The notes below the pieces were generated by a model. The model saw only the letters and a list, made by a program, of their open reading frames with translations, had not been told where the DNA came from and did no database searches. DNA of 64,000 nt from an uncultured Gemmatimonadales bacterium (GTDB lineage Bacteria; Gemmatimonadota; Gemmatimonadetes; Palauibacterales; Palauibacteraceae). The DNA lies in assembly GCA_963783385.1 (NCBI GenBank), contig CAWANJ010000002.1, positions 1 through 64,000 of the forward strand. The letters are read 5' to 3'. A program made the translations under genes and the position numbers. Shown in pieces: positions 31,563 to 41,909 of the stretch. Within the stretch, counting starts at the first letter, position 1. Every line of letters starts with the position of its first letter.

Positions 31563-32790
31563 TCGAGACGGGGATCGGAGGGAACGGGGCGACGCCCGGA
31601 GGAGGCGCCGCGGACGGAGGACCGTGGCGGGCGCCGCGGTGCTGGTGGTGACGGCGGCGCTGGCCGTGGCGCCACTCCGTGCCCAGCCGCATCGGGCGTC
31701 GGACGGCCCGTCCGGTCCGGCGGCGACGACGGTCGGTCCGCGAGGCTATCCGGTGGTGGCGGCGAGCGAGCTTCCCGGCGAGGTTTTCACGGGCGTGTCG
31801 GTGCGGGGCGACCGCCTCACCGCCACGGTCGGCGGACGGCCGCTCGAGCTCCGGGCCGGAAGCCCGTTCTACCGCGAGGGCGACCGGGTCCGCCAGCTGG
31901 TCAACCCGCCCTACCACGCGCGGGGCAGCTTCTGGATCCCCGCCGAGCTCCTGGACGATCTGCGGGCGTCGAAGGTGGCCGAAGACGGGTCGGACTCCGC
32001 CGTCCGCTCCGTCGCGGCGGGCGGCTCGGATCGCCAGGCGCCCGCGCCGCGGGCAGTCCATCCCGGTCCCTTCCGCATCGTGATCGATGCGGGCCACGGC
32101 GGGAAGGACCCCGGTGCCAGGGGCCCCCGGGGGACGAGGGAGAAGAACGTCGCCCTCGCCGTGGCCAGGCGGCTCAAGGCCAGGCTCGACAGGGACCCGA
32201 ACATCGACGCCAGCCTCACGCGCTCGAAGGACGTCTTCATCCCGCTCGCCGGCCGTCCCAAGATCGCGGTGGAGCGCCACGCGGACCTGTTCCTGTCCAT
32301 CCACTGCAATTCGGAGCGTGGCGACCGGGCCAGGGGCTTCGAGACCTACTTCCTGTCGCCCTCCCGCACCGAGGAGTCCCGCCGGGTGGCCATCCGCGAG
32401 AACAGCGCCATCCAGTACGAGGACCCGAAGGAGCGGCCGGACCTCGACGACATCAACTACATTCTGGTCGCCAACCGGCAGAACCTGAACGTGCGCGAGT
32501 CGAGCTTCTTCGCGGGGGAAATCCAGAACGCCATGCGCCACGACGTGAGCACTCCCGACCGCGGGGTGAAGCAGGCCGGCCTCTACGTGCTCATGGGCGC
32601 CAGCGGCAGCATGCCGGCCGTGCTGGCCGAGATCGGGTTCATCTCGAATCCAGTCGGGGAGCGCTTCCTGAGGAGCTCGAGCGGCCAGGACGAGATCGCC
32701 TCGGCGCTGGCCCAGGCGGTGAAGGAGTACGCGAGCGACTACACGCAGCGGCTCGCGGCGACGGGCACCGCGCACACGGGCGGCCGTTGA
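31555..32790 (+). CDS. N-acetylmuramoyl-L-alanine amidase (Amidase_3)
   Basis: IDAGHGGKDPGA, EKNVAL, FLSIHCN, GFETY, PAVLAEIGFISN; start approximate. Confidence 0.92.
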   Translation: MGDRDGDRRERGDARRRRRGRRTVAGAAVLVVTAALAVAPLRAQPHRASDGPSGPAATTVGPRGYPVVAASELPGEVFTGVSVRGDRLTATVGGRPLELRAGSPFYREGDRVRQLVNPPYHARGSFWIPAELLDDLRASKVAEDGSDSAVRSVAAGGSDRQAPAPRAVHPGPFRIVIDAGHGGKDPGARGPRGTREKNVALAVARRLKARLDRDPNIDASLTRSKDVFIPLAGRPKIAVERHADLFLSIHCNSERGDRARGFETYFLSPSRTEESRRVAIRENSAIQYEDPKERPDLDDINYILVANRQNLNVRESSFFAGEIQNAMRHDVSTPDRGVKQAGLYVLMGASGSMPAVLAEIGFISNPVGERFLRSSSGQDEIASALAQAVKEYASDYTQRLAATGTAHTGGR

Positions 32791-33572
32791 CGACCGCCCC
32801 ACCCATTCGCCACCGGGCGCCGGTCGTCTCCAACCGGCGCGTGGCAGCCGACACCTGGTGGCTGGAGCTCGACAGTCCCGGCATCGCGGCCGCCAGCCGG
32901 GCCGGCCAGTTCGTGATGATCGGCTACGGGATCGAAAACACCACCCCCCCCTTCCTGCCCAGACCGTTCAGCGTCGGATGGCGTGCCGCGGACGGGCGGG
33001 TGGGCATCCTCCTGCGTGCGTTCGGAGAGGGGACGACCCGCATGGCGAGGCTGCGTCCGGGGGAGGACGTCCTCCTCCTCGGTCCGCTGGGCCGCCCCTT
33101 CGAGCTCGGGAGGGATCGTCCGATCGTGTGCGTGGCCGGTGGCGTGGGGCTGGCTCCCTTCCTCTTCCTGGCGGACGAAGCCAGGACCGCGGGCCGCGAG
33201 GTCAGGCTCCTGTACGGCGAGCGGACCGGCGACAGGGTGTTCGACCCGGAGCTCCTCGCCAGCCTGGCCGGCGGGCCCGCCGAAGTGTGGACGGAGGACG
33301 GCGCCGTCGGTCGGCGCGGCCTCGTCCTCGAGGGGATCGACTGGAGCGCCGATCCGGTCCTCCTCGGCTGCGGGCCCTCTCTCATGCTCCGAGCCCTGGC
33401 GGAGTCTGCCGCGGAGCGGGGTGTCGCGCTGCAGGTCTCGGTCGAGGAGCACATGGGCTGTGGCGTCGGGACCTGCCAGGGCTGCGTGGTGCCCCGGGCG
33501 GACGGGGGGTGGGCCAGGGCGTGCACCGACGGCCCCGTGTTCGAGGCCTCGGAACTCGCGTGGTCCCCGTGA
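32787..33572 (+). CDS. pyrK: Dihydroorotate dehydrogenase electron-transfer subunit
   Basis: RPFS, GPLGRPF, GGVGLAP, CGP, MGCGVGTCQGC, CTDGPVF. Confidence 0.93.
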   Translation: MTTAPPIRHRAPVVSNRRVAADTWWLELDSPGIAAASRAGQFVMIGYGIENTTPPFLPRPFSVGWRAADGRVGILLRAFGEGTTRMARLRPGEDVLLLGPLGRPFELGRDRPIVCVAGGVGLAPFLFLADEARTAGREVRLLYGERTGDRVFDPELLASLAGGPAEVWTEDGAVGRRGLVLEGIDWSADPVLLGCGPSLMLRALAESAAERGVALQVSVEEHMGCGVGTCQGCVVPRADGGWARACTDGPVFEASELAWSP

Positions 33573-34573
33573 GCGCGGTCGGCGCAGGGGGCGGGAGCGC
33601 GCGCTCCCGCTCGGACGCCCCGGCGCGGTGCCTGGCACAGACCCTGTTCGGGGTGGAGTTCCAGAGTCCCGTGCTCCTGGCCTCGGGGACGTGCGGGTAC
33701 GGCCGGGAGTACGACGATCTCATCCCGCTCGACCGGATTGGCGGACTGGTCACCAAGGCGGTCAGCGTGGAGCCACGCGCCGGCAATCCGCCGCACCGGA
33801 TCGCGGAGACCCCGGCGGGGATGATCAACGCGATCGGGCTCCACAACGTGGGGCTGGACCGGTTCATCTCCGAGAAGCTGCCGTGGCTGCGCGACAACCT
33901 TGAGCGGGCCCGGGTGTTCGTGAACGTGGTCGGTCGCACGGTCGAGGACTATGCCGAGGTCGTCTCCCGCCTGGACGGCGAGGAAGGCTTCCTGGGCTAC
34001 GAGATCAACGTCTCCTGTCCCAACGTCAAGGGCGGAACCATGTTCGGCACGGACGAGGCCGCCCTCGCCGAGCTGGTGGGCCGCCTGCGGACGTGCACCG
34101 AGCGCCCCATCATCGTCAAGCTCACCCCGAACGTCCCGGACATCGGCGTGTTCGCGCGGCTGTGCGAGGAGGCGGGGGCCGACGGGCTGAGCGCCATCAA
34201 CACCTTCCCCGGCATGCTCATCGATGTCGACCGCCGCCGTCCCGTGATCGGGAACGTCTCGGGCGGAGTGAGCGGTCCGGCGATTCTCCCGATGGGGGTC
34301 TACCTGACGTGGCGGGCCTCGCGTGCGAGCTCGCTGCCGATCATGGGCATCGGCGGGATCCGGTCGGCCCGGGACGCCCTCCAGTACATCCTGGCCGGGG
34401 CCAGCCTGGTGCAGATCGGTACGGCCCTGTTCGTGGACCCCTCCTGCGCCGAGGGCGTCCACCATGGGTTGGAGGGCTACCTGGAGCGCCACGCCATCGC
34501 GAGCGTGGCGGAGCTCGTGGGGGCCCTCGAGCTGCCGGCGCCGCCGCCCCCCGACGACGGGGCGAGCGGATGA
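33569..34573 (+). CDS. pyrD: Dihydroorotate dehydrogenase 1B catalytic subunit
   Basis: ASGT, GNPPHRIAET, INVSCPNV, VKLTPNV, AINT, GGVSGPAI, GIGGI. Confidence 0.95.
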   Translation: MSAVGAGGGSARSRSDAPARCLAQTLFGVEFQSPVLLASGTCGYGREYDDLIPLDRIGGLVTKAVSVEPRAGNPPHRIAETPAGMINAIGLHNVGLDRFISEKLPWLRDNLERARVFVNVVGRTVEDYAEVVSRLDGEEGFLGYEINVSCPNVKGGTMFGTDEAALAELVGRLRTCTERPIIVKLTPNVPDIGVFARLCEEAGADGLSAINTFPGMLIDVDRRRPVIGNVSGGVSGPAILPMGVYLTWRASRASSLPIMGIGGIRSARDALQYILAGASLVQIGTALFVDPSCAEGVHHGLEGYLERHAIASVAELVGALELPAPPPPDDGASG

Positions 34574-35307
34574 GCGGAGGAGAGGAGGGGGCCGTCACGG
34601 CGCCGGAGGTGATCGTGGCGCTCGACTTCCCGACCGCCGACGCGGCGCTCGCCATGGCCGGCCGCCTGCCGGAGGGCACGTGGGTCAAGGTCGGGCTCGA
34701 GCTGTTCACGGCGGCGGGTCCCGCCGTGGTCGAACGGCTCGCGGAGCGGGGGCACCCGGTGTTCCTCGACCTGAAGGTGCACGACATCCCCAACACGGCC
34801 GCCGGGGCCGTCCGGTCCGCTGCACGCCTGGGCGCGCGGCTCCTCACGGTGCACGCCTCGGGCGGTCGGGCCATGCTGGAGGCGGCGGCCGGGGCGGCCG
34901 CGACCGCCGGCCCGGACGCGGGTGGCCGTTTGCGCCTCCTCGCCGTCACCGTGCTGACGTCGCTGGACGACACGTCGCTGGCCGAGGTGATGGGCCGCGG
35001 CGCGGGGACCGAGGAAGCGGTGGGACGGCTCGCCGCCCTTGCCAGTGGCTCGGGGGTCGACGGAGCGGTCGCCTCCGTGGCCGAGTGCCGTGCGGTGAAG
35101 GCCGTGTGCGGGGCGGACTTCCTGGTGGCCACTCCCGGCATCCGGCTGGCCGGCGGCGACGCCCACGACCAGAAGCGAGTCGCCACACCCGGGGAGGCCC
35201 GCGCCGCCGGGGCCGACTACCTGGTGGTGGGCCGCGCGATCACGGCGACCGATGACCCCGGCGCGGCCCTGCTGCGCGTCAGGGAGGAGGCGGGTGTGGC
35301 GGAGTAG
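34570..35307 (+). CDS. pyrF: Orotidine-5'-phosphate decarboxylase
   Basis: IVALD, KVGLELF, FLDLKVHDIPNT, VTVLTS, TPGIR, DQKR, VVGRAI. Confidence 0.96.
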   Translation: MSGGEEGAVTAPEVIVALDFPTADAALAMAGRLPEGTWVKVGLELFTAAGPAVVERLAERGHPVFLDLKVHDIPNTAAGAVRSAARLGARLLTVHASGGRAMLEAAAGAAATAGPDAGGRLRLLAVTVLTSLDDTSLAEVMGRGAGTEEAVGRLAALASGSGVDGAVASVAECRAVKAVCGADFLVATPGIRLAGGDAHDQKRVATPGEARAAGADYLVVGRAITATDDPGAALLRVREEAGVAE

Positions 35308-35698
35308 GGCGCCCGCCGGGTTCGATCCGGGTCCGGCTCCTCCTCCGCCACCTCCGCACGGCCATCACGTACAACGCCGCGTTCCCCACGACCACCGCCA
35401 CGCCCAGCCCGAGGTGGATGTGCTCCCAGCTGGCGGGGTAGAGCACGCCCCGGATGTAGTGGTCCAGGAAGCCGCCCGCGTATCCCGCCTGGCCGGCGGC
35501 ACGGCGTAGACGCTGTTCGAGGGGCGTGAGCGGGCACACCCAGCCCACCAGCTCGATGGCGGCGCCGTACAGGGCGCAGGGCACGTGCGCCCACGCCACG
35601 CGGGGCCACCGCAGCACCAGGAAGCCTCCCGTCGCCACGAACAGGACGAAGGCGGCGTGCGAGAGCAATACGAGGTCGGCCAGGATCCGGGGGACCAT
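35279..35698 (-). CDS. DUF2784 family membrane protein
   Basis: LADLVLLSHAAFVLF, GWVCPLTPLEQRLR, GYAGGFLDHYI. Confidence 0.88.
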   Translation of the reverse strand: MVPRILADLVLLSHAAFVLFVATGGFLVLRWPRVAWAHVPCALYGAAIELVGWVCPLTPLEQRLRRAAGQAGYAGGFLDHYIRGVLYPASWEHIHLGLGVAVVVGNAALYVMAVRRWRRRSRTRIEPGGRPTPPHPPPP

Positions 35699-35744
35699 CG
35701 TCGTCAATCTTGCCCCGCTCCCCCGTGACGGCCAGCATGGGGCC

Positions 35745-36743
35745 GTGCAGGCGATACGGATCACGCGGCCGGGCGGGCCCGAGGTGCTCCGCCTGGAGGA
35801 GGTGCCCGACCCCGAGCCGGGGCCCGATGACGTCCTCGTGGACGTGCGGGCGGCGGCCCTCAATCGCGCCGACCTGCTCCAGCGCCAGGGACACTATCCG
35901 GCGCCGCCCGGGGCGCCCGCGGACATCCCGGGCCTGGAGATGGCCGGGGTCGTGGCCGCGGTGGGCGGGCGCGTGCGCGGCGTGTCGCCCGGCGACCGGG
36001 TCATGGCCCTCCTGGGTGGAGGCGGCTATGCCGAGCGCGCCGTCGTGCCGGCCGGCATGGTCCTGCCGATACCCCCCGGTCTCTCCTTCGTCGAGGCCGC
36101 CGCGCTTCCCGAGGTGTTCTACACGGCCTACGACGCGCTCTTCCGCCAGGCCGGTCTGGCGATCGGCGAGAGCGTACTCGTCCACGCGGCCGGCGGTGGC
36201 GTGGGCACCGCCGCCCTGCAGCTGGCCCGGGCCGGTGGGGCGACGCGGATCTTCGGGACCGCCTCGTCCGCCAAGCTCGCCGGGATCGAGCGCGAAGGGC
36301 TTCCGCTGGACGTCCCGATCGACTACAGGGCGGCTTCCTTCGAGGAGGTCGTGCGGGAGCGGACGGAGGGCCGGGGCGTCGACGTGATCCTGGACATGGT
36401 GGGCGGCGACTACCTGGCCGCCGACCTGCGCAGCCTGGCCGAGCTCGGGCGCGTGGTCCTGGTGGGCCTCCTGCGCGGCAGGAGCGCCGAGGCGGACCTG
36501 GGCTTGATCCTTCGCCGGCGGCTCCGGGTGCTGGGGACGGTGCTGAGGGCCCGCTCCACGGCGGAGAAGCTCACGCTCACGTCCGAGGTCCGGGACCGCC
36601 TCCTGCCGCTGTTCGAGCGGGGGATGCTCCGGCCGGTGGTGGACCGCACCTACCCTCTCGACGAAGCGGACAGGGCGCATCGCGCCATGGATGCCAACCA
36701 GAACCTGGGGAAGATCGTGCTGGAAGTGCAGAGCCGGGCGTGA
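35745..36743 (+). CDS. NAD(P)H-quinone oxidoreductase, PIG3 family (MDR)
   Basis: GGPEVL, NRADLLQRQG, PGLEMAG, AAALPEV, HAAGGGVG, GKIVL. Confidence 0.92.
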   Translation: MQAIRITRPGGPEVLRLEEVPDPEPGPDDVLVDVRAAALNRADLLQRQGHYPAPPGAPADIPGLEMAGVVAAVGGRVRGVSPGDRVMALLGGGGYAERAVVPAGMVLPIPPGLSFVEAAALPEVFYTAYDALFRQAGLAIGESVLVHAAGGGVGTAALQLARAGGATRIFGTASSAKLAGIEREGLPLDVPIDYRAASFEEVVRERTEGRGVDVILDMVGGDYLAADLRSLAELGRVVLVGLLRGRSAEADLGLILRRRLRVLGTVLRARSTAEKLTLTSEVRDRLLPLFERGMLRPVVDRTYPLDEADRAHRAMDANQNLGKIVLEVQSRA

Positions 36744-36803
36744 CCCGTGGCGAGGTGGGTCACGCCCGGCTCCGGAGGGCGCCTGGCACCGCGGCGTAGC
36801 GCC

Positions 36804-38738
36804 TCAACTCTCGGCGTGCACGGCCTGCTCGCGGGTATCCGACTCGGCCTCGAACTGCGGCTCCAGCGCCTCGGCCTCCTCGCCGAGCCCGACGATGCCC
36901 TCCTCCCACCAGGCGTAGCGACCCTCCAGGACCCCCTGGGCGACCCGGTACTTCTGGACATCGTCGTTGTCGCCTATGGCCCGGAACAGGGCGTCCACGC
37001 GCCGGCGCGAGTTCCGGCAAAACATGTCGGCCAGCTCGCGGGCCTCGCGCGCGTGCGGGTGCCCGGTGCGCGTCATCATCTGGGCGCGGGCCACGGTAGC
37101 CGCCTGCGCGAACAGCTCGACCCCGATGTCGACCGCCCGGAACAGGATCCCCTGGCGGTACTGCAGCTTGGCCCCGTAGCGCATCATCTTGTGGAACAGC
37201 GTGCGGGCCAGCTTGCGGGACTTGCGGTCGCAGTACCGCAGGTGCGTGGCCAGCTCGCCGAACTGGCCGTAGGCGGGCCACCGACCCCACCCGAGCCACC
37301 GCGTCGGATACCAGGCCGCGTAGAAGCCCACCACCTTCGGGAGCTGCGCGAGCTTGCCCCCGAGCCCGAGGTCGCCCTCGACCAGCTCTCCGGCCACCTT
37401 GAGGTGCTTGTCCACGGCCTCGCGGGCGATGAACAGGCGGAGGATCTCGCTCGACCCCTCGAAGATCCGGTTGATGCGGAAGTCCCGAAGCATGCGCTCG
37501 ACCGGGATGCCGGGCTCGCCGCGCGAGCGCAGCGAGTCGGCGGTCTCGTAGCCCCGGCCGCCGCGGATCTGGACCGTGTCGTCCAGCAGCTTCCAGCCCA
37601 TCTCCGTGTTGAACAGCTTGCTCGCCGCGGCCTCCAGCCGGATGTCGAACGACTTCCGGTCGGTCATGATGCCGGTGATCTCGGCCACCGCCTGCATGGC
37701 GAAGCCTTCGACCGCGATGTCGGCCAGCATGTGCGCCACGGCCTCGTGCTTGCCGATGGGCTGTCCCCACTGGACGCGCTCCGCGCACCACTTCCGGCAG
37801 ATCTCGAGGGCGGCCTGGATCGTGCCGATCGCGGCGGCCGGGATGGTGAGGCGTCCCGTGTTGAGGGTGACCAGCGCCAGCTTGAGGCCGCGACCCTCCT
37901 TCCACAGGAGGTTCTCCTTGGGGACGCGCACGTCCTTGAAGAAGATGACGCCGTTCTCGATCGCCTTGAGTCCCATGAAGTCGAGGCGCTGGCTCACCTC
38001 GACGCCCGGCCAGTCCGCCTCGACGATGAAGGCCGAGATCTTGCCGCTCTCGGGGTGGCGGGCCATGACGACGAACAGGTCGGCCACCGTCCCGTTGGTC
38101 GTCCACAGCTTCTCGCCGTTGAGGATGAAGGCTTCACCGTCCTCGGTGCGCACGGCACTGGTCGCGAGGCCGGCTGGGTCGGAGCCCACCTGGGGCTCGG
38201 TGAGGGCGAAGGCCGAGATGGCTCCCCTGGCCAGGCGGGGCAGGTACTTCCGCTTCTGCTCTTCCGTGCCGAAGATCTTGAGAGGCTGCGGCACGCCGAT
38301 GGACTGGTGGGCCGACAGGAGGGCGACGAGGCTGCCGTCCTGGCTGCCGACCACCGACATGATGGCCCCGTATTCGCTCTGGTTGAAGCCCAGCCCGCCG
38401 TACTCCGTCGGGATCTTGAGCCCGAACGCGCCCATCTCCCGCAGCCGGTCCACTACGCGCTGCGGGATCTTGCCCTCCCGGTCGATGCGGTCGGAGTCGA
38501 CCTCCTCGCGCAGGAAGGTCCGCATGCGGTCCATGTAGTCGCGGGCGCGCTCCCCGATGAAGGCATCGGGCTCGGGGTACGGGTCGATGAGATCGAAGCG
38601 GAAGTCGCCCAGGTAGACGTCGCGCATGAAGGTGGCGCCCTCCCACCGCGACTCCCGGGCGCTCTCGGCGACGCGCCGGGCCTCCTTCTCGCTCACGGGG
38701 CCGGAGGTCCCGGCGCTCTGCGTAGGATTGGTAGACAT
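36804..38738 (-). CDS. Acyl-CoA dehydrogenase (VLCAD/FadE-like)
   Basis: [43 protein letters not shown]. Confidence 0.93.
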   Translation of the reverse strand: MSTNPTQSAGTSGPVSEKEARRVAESARESRWEGATFMRDVYLGDFRFDLIDPYPEPDAFIGERARDYMDRMRTFLREEVDSDRIDREGKIPQRVVDRLREMGAFGLKIPTEYGGLGFNQSEYGAIMSVVGSQDGSLVALLSAHQSIGVPQPLKIFGTEEQKRKYLPRLARGAISAFALTEPQVGSDPAGLATSAVRTEDGEAFILNGEKLWTTNGTVADLFVVMARHPESGKISAFIVEADWPGVEVSQRLDFMGLKAIENGVIFFKDVRVPKENLLWKEGRGLKLALVTLNTGRLTIPAAAIGTIQAALEICRKWCAERVQWGQPIGKHEAVAHMLADIAVEGFAMQAVAEITGIMTDRKSFDIRLEAAASKLFNTEMGWKLLDDTVQIRGGRGYETADSLRSRGEPGIPVERMLRDFRINRIFEGSSEILRLFIAREAVDKHLKVAGELVEGDLGLGGKLAQLPKVVGFYAAWYPTRWLGWGRWPAYGQFGELATHLRYCDRKSRKLARTLFHKMMRYGAKLQYRQGILFRAVDIGVELFAQAATVARAQMMTRTGHPHAREARELADMFCRNSRRRVDALFRAIGDNDDVQKYRVAQGVLEGRYAWWEEGIVGLGEEAEALEPQFEAESDTREQAVHAES

Positions 38739-38898
38739 TGCTCGCTCTCGACCTGAGGAGGGTCAGCGGCAGGGTCGCGGTCCGTTCCGCGGCGCGGAGC
38801 GGACCCGGCGGCCCCCGCATGGCGTTCGAACGTGACAACCCGATGAATATACCGCGAGCGAGTCGGCTTCCAAACCCGTCTCCCTCTCTCCCCTCCCC

Positions 38899-39975
38899 TC
38901 AGCCTCGCCCGTCTCCCCGGCGCAGCGACCGGAAGGTGACCGTGGCGAGCGTCACGGCCGTGAGCGGGATCACGTACACCAGCATCGCCCTGCGGAACGC
39001 GGGCAGTGAGTCGTGGCTCCCGGCGGAGAGGAAGAGGTAGAGGATGTAGGCCACGTAGTAGGCCAGGAAGAGCGCGCCCTCCCAGCGCGCTATGCGGCCT
39101 CCAGTGAAGAAGATGGGCAGGCACGCGAACGCCACGGCGAGCGCCACCGGGAAGTCGAAGTGCAGCGCGTGGGCCGGCACCACCAGTCCTCCGGGCGACA
39201 GGGCGGCGGCCGCCCCGAGCACGATGAGCAGGTTGAAGACGCTGCTCCCGATGACGTTGCCGGTGGCCAGGTCGCGGGCCCCCCGCAGCCCCGCCACCAT
39301 GGTGGTCGCCACTTCGGGCAGCGAGGTCCCGGTCGCGACCACCGTGAGGCCGATGAGCGTGTCTCCCACTCCCATCCAGCGAGCCAGGGCCACGGCGCCG
39401 GCGACGAGCCACCCCGCGCCGACCACGAGCATCCCGAGCCCGAGGAGGACCCGCGCCACGTCCACGGGCCATCGGTGCGCCGGCGGAGCCGGGCCGGGCT
39501 GGTCGGGATCCGGGCTTCCGGTTCCCCGGCGGCCGGAGAGGATCTGGCCGGCCGTGTAAGCGCAGCCACCGCCGAGCAGGAGGAGCCCGTCCGGGCGGCC
39601 CAGCCGCCCGTCGAGGGCCAGAACGTAGGTGAGCGCCGTCACGGCGATCATGATCGGAACGTCGACGCGTACCAGCTGGCGTGAGACGACGAGGGGGGCG
39701 AGCACCGAGGCCAGTCCCAGGATGAGCAGGATGTTGAAGATATTGCTGCCGAGCGCGTTGCCCAGCGCGAGGCCCGGCCGTCCCGCCAGGCTGGCCCTGA
39801 TGCTCACGGCCAGTTCGGGAGCGCTGGTCCCGTAGGCCACCACCGTGAGTCCGATCACCAGGGGGGCGATCCCCAGCCGCTCGGAGAGGTGGGAGGCCCC
39901 GCGCACCAGCAGCTCGGCGCCGATGACGAGGGCCGCGAGGCCGCCGATGGCGGCGAGCACGGCCGCGAGGCTCAC
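38899..39975 (-). CDS. Calcium/sodium antiporter, YrbG family
   Basis: Duplicated alpha motifs GTSAPE...GSNIFN and GTSLPE...GSSVFN. Confidence 0.92.
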   Translation of the reverse strand: MSLAAVLAAIGGLAALVIGAELLVRGASHLSERLGIAPLVIGLTVVAYGTSAPELAVSIRASLAGRPGLALGNALGSNIFNILLILGLASVLAPLVVSRQLVRVDVPIMIAVTALTYVLALDGRLGRPDGLLLLGGGCAYTAGQILSGRRGTGSPDPDQPGPAPPAHRWPVDVARVLLGLGMLVVGAGWLVAGAVALARWMGVGDTLIGLTVVATGTSLPEVATTMVAGLRGARDLATGNVIGSSVFNLLIVLGAAAALSPGGLVVPAHALHFDFPVALAVAFACLPIFFTGGRIARWEGALFLAYYVAYILYLFLSAGSHDSLPAFRRAMLVYVIPLTAVTLATVTFRSLRRGDGRG

Positions 39976-40091
39976 CGGCTATCGCGCTCCGCGATCTCGA
40001 GCCGCAGGGCACCGGCCGGAACGAGCTCGTGGTGCGACAACGTGCGTCCGCATACCCCGCGGGCCTGGGGTTCGCGCGCCTTCCGGCTCAT
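39972..40091 (-). CDS. 39-aa mini-ORF coupled to both neighbours (possible gene relic)
   Basis: GGAGG RBS, ATGA overlap with the upstream stop, GTGA overlap with the downstream start. Confidence 0.45.
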   Translation of the reverse strand: MSRKAREPQARGVCGRTLSHHELVPAGALRLEIAERDSR

Positions 40092-41245
40092 CGTGTCCTC
40101 CCGAACATCTCCGCACGCGTGACGCGGCCGTCGGGACCCACGAGCCAGCCCGCGTCCGGGCCGGCGAAGTCGGCGCTCCAGTAGGGAAGCGTGTCGAGGA
40201 CGGTCCACCGGTGTCCTCCGTCCGTCGAGTATCCCGCCCCGCCCGGACCGACGGCCACCAGCGTGGGAGTGGGGGCCCCGGGGACCCATGTCACGCCGTA
40301 CACGGGCCCGGGAATGCCCGGGCTGCCTCCCGCCTCCCAGGTCTCGCCGCCATCCTCGGTGAGGGCGACCCGAACGGAGCTCGCGGCGCCGGGGGGCAAC
40401 GAGTCCTCGTCCGCGGCGCTTCCCGTCCCGGGATGAGCCAGGTCGCCTCCGACGACCACGCCGTTCAGCGTGTCGCGGAAGGCCACGGCCATCACGCCCG
40501 CCTGGTCCCCGCTGACCACCGGCGTCGGGCTCCAGGCCCACGAGCGGCCGCCATCCCTCGTCCTGAGGACGCGCGATACGTAGGACGCGCCCGTTCCGAT
40601 CCACGCCCGCTGGCCGGGACCGACGGCGACGCACTCCCCGCTGGCCGCGAAGCCTCCCTCCCCGCCACGGGCGCGCGGGACGCGCTCCGCCGGGAGCGGC
40701 GTCCAGTGCTCACCCCCGTCACCGGTGGTCAACACCACGAAGCGGTCCCGCACGGCGTCACTGAACGCCAGGCCCTGTCGGGCGTTCCAGAAGTCGAAGC
40801 AATCGTAGAACCCGGCGGAGTCGGGGTTGGTGAACTGGAGCGACCAGCTCCGGCCGCCGTCCGTCGTGCGGTAGATCCGGGAACGGTCGCCGGCTCCCGC
40901 GCTGAGGAGGAAGGCGGTGTCCGGGCCCGAGGCCCACACGTCCCGGAACTCGAGGCTGTCGGCCCCGGCGACCGTGCCCACGCGCCAGTGCGCTCCTCCG
41001 TCCACGGTCCGCGCCCAGGTGGCGTCGTGACCCGCCACCCACACGACGGAGTCGTTCACGGCGTGGACCGCCTGGAGGAGAGCCGTCGTGCGAGTCGGTT
41101 GGGCGGCGAGCATGGGGTGGAGTCGCAGGGCGGGTTCGGATCGACCTTCGCAGGCGCCCGCGAGCAGCGCCGCCGCGAGCACCGCGATCCCGGCGGGTCT
41201 CAGTCGAAGCGCACGAACTCCAGATCCTCCTCCAGCACCGGCCAT
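40088..41245 (-). CDS. BNR/Asp-box beta-propeller lipoprotein (YCF48-like)
   Basis: Lipobox LAGAC; repeated RTxDGGxxW Asp-boxes; FAASG motif; start approximate. Confidence 0.85.
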   Translation of the reverse strand: MAGAGGGSGVRALRLRPAGIAVLAAALLAGACEGRSEPALRLHPMLAAQPTRTTALLQAVHAVNDSVVWVAGHDATWARTVDGGAHWRVGTVAGADSLEFRDVWASGPDTAFLLSAGAGDRSRIYRTTDGGRSWSLQFTNPDSAGFYDCFDFWNARQGLAFSDAVRDRFVVLTTGDGGEHWTPLPAERVPRARGGEGGFAASGECVAVGPGQRAWIGTGASYVSRVLRTRDGGRSWAWSPTPVVSGDQAGVMAVAFRDTLNGVVVGGDLAHPGTGSAADEDSLPPGAASSVRVALTEDGGETWEAGGSPGIPGPVYGVTWVPGAPTPTLVAVGPGGAGYSTDGGHRWTVLDTLPYWSADFAGPDAGWLVGPDGRVTRAEMFGRTR

Positions 41246-41466
41246 CCTCCATCCTCCACGTTGACCGTGACTCGCACCGCGTCCTCCCCCTCGACCTCCA
41301 TGCGCGCGTATCGGGTGGTGACGAACCGACAATGCAGCTCGCCCGAGCCCGCTTCCTCCTGCTCGACCACGTGCGCGTCGGCGCGGCGCACCAGCTCGTC
41401 CCAGGCCAGGGCCCGCAGGGAGAAGAGCCGCGCTCGCGCCAGCTCCAGGGCTCGATCTCGATCCAC
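41200..41466 (-). CDS. Small hypothetical protein
   Basis: Protein-like composition; sits in line with the neighbouring minus-strand genes. Confidence 0.6.
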   Translation of the reverse strand: MDRDRALELARARLFSLRALAWDELVRRADAHVVEQEEAGSGELHCRFVTTRYARMEVEGEDAVRVTVNVEDGGWPVLEEDLEFVRFD

Positions 41467-41478
41467 GAGCCGGGTCGC

Positions 41479-41736
41479 TCAGCCCGGGTCGTCCGCTTCG
41501 CCCGGGCGCGACTCCACCATCCCCACTTCCACGAGGAGACGGCGGGCACGGCGAAGGTCCTCGGGACGAACCATGACGCGGGCGGGATTGGGGGAGAGCG
41601 TGATGCCGGCGTAGGCGCCCCCCGCGTCATCCACGGCGATGGCGGCCGGAATGCCGCCGTCACGGAGGTAGCCTCCCGCCAGCTCGGCCTCGTAGCGCTG
41701 GCCGTAGGTGGCCACGACCGCCGCGCAACCCCGCAT
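41479..41736 (-). CDS. DUF2007-family putative signal-transducing protein
   Basis: VATYGQRYEAELAGGYLRDGGIPA...RVMVRPEDLRRARRLL; GGAGGAGG RBS. Confidence 0.8.
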   Translation of the reverse strand: MRGCAAVVATYGQRYEAELAGGYLRDGGIPAAIAVDDAGGAYAGITLSPNPARVMVRPEDLRRARRLLVEVGMVESRPGEADDPG

Positions 41737-41909
41737 GTCGCACCCTCCTCCAGGGACGAAGTACACCATCAAGTTGCCCTGCCGAGCGGGAACGGGCAAC
41801 GCTCGACGTGTTCGCGACGCCGCCGCACGGCTCCCTTGCCAATCCGCCGCCCGAGGCCGAACGTCAAGATACGAGAGCCCGGCGCATCCACGCCCCGCCC
41901 CGGGAGGTC

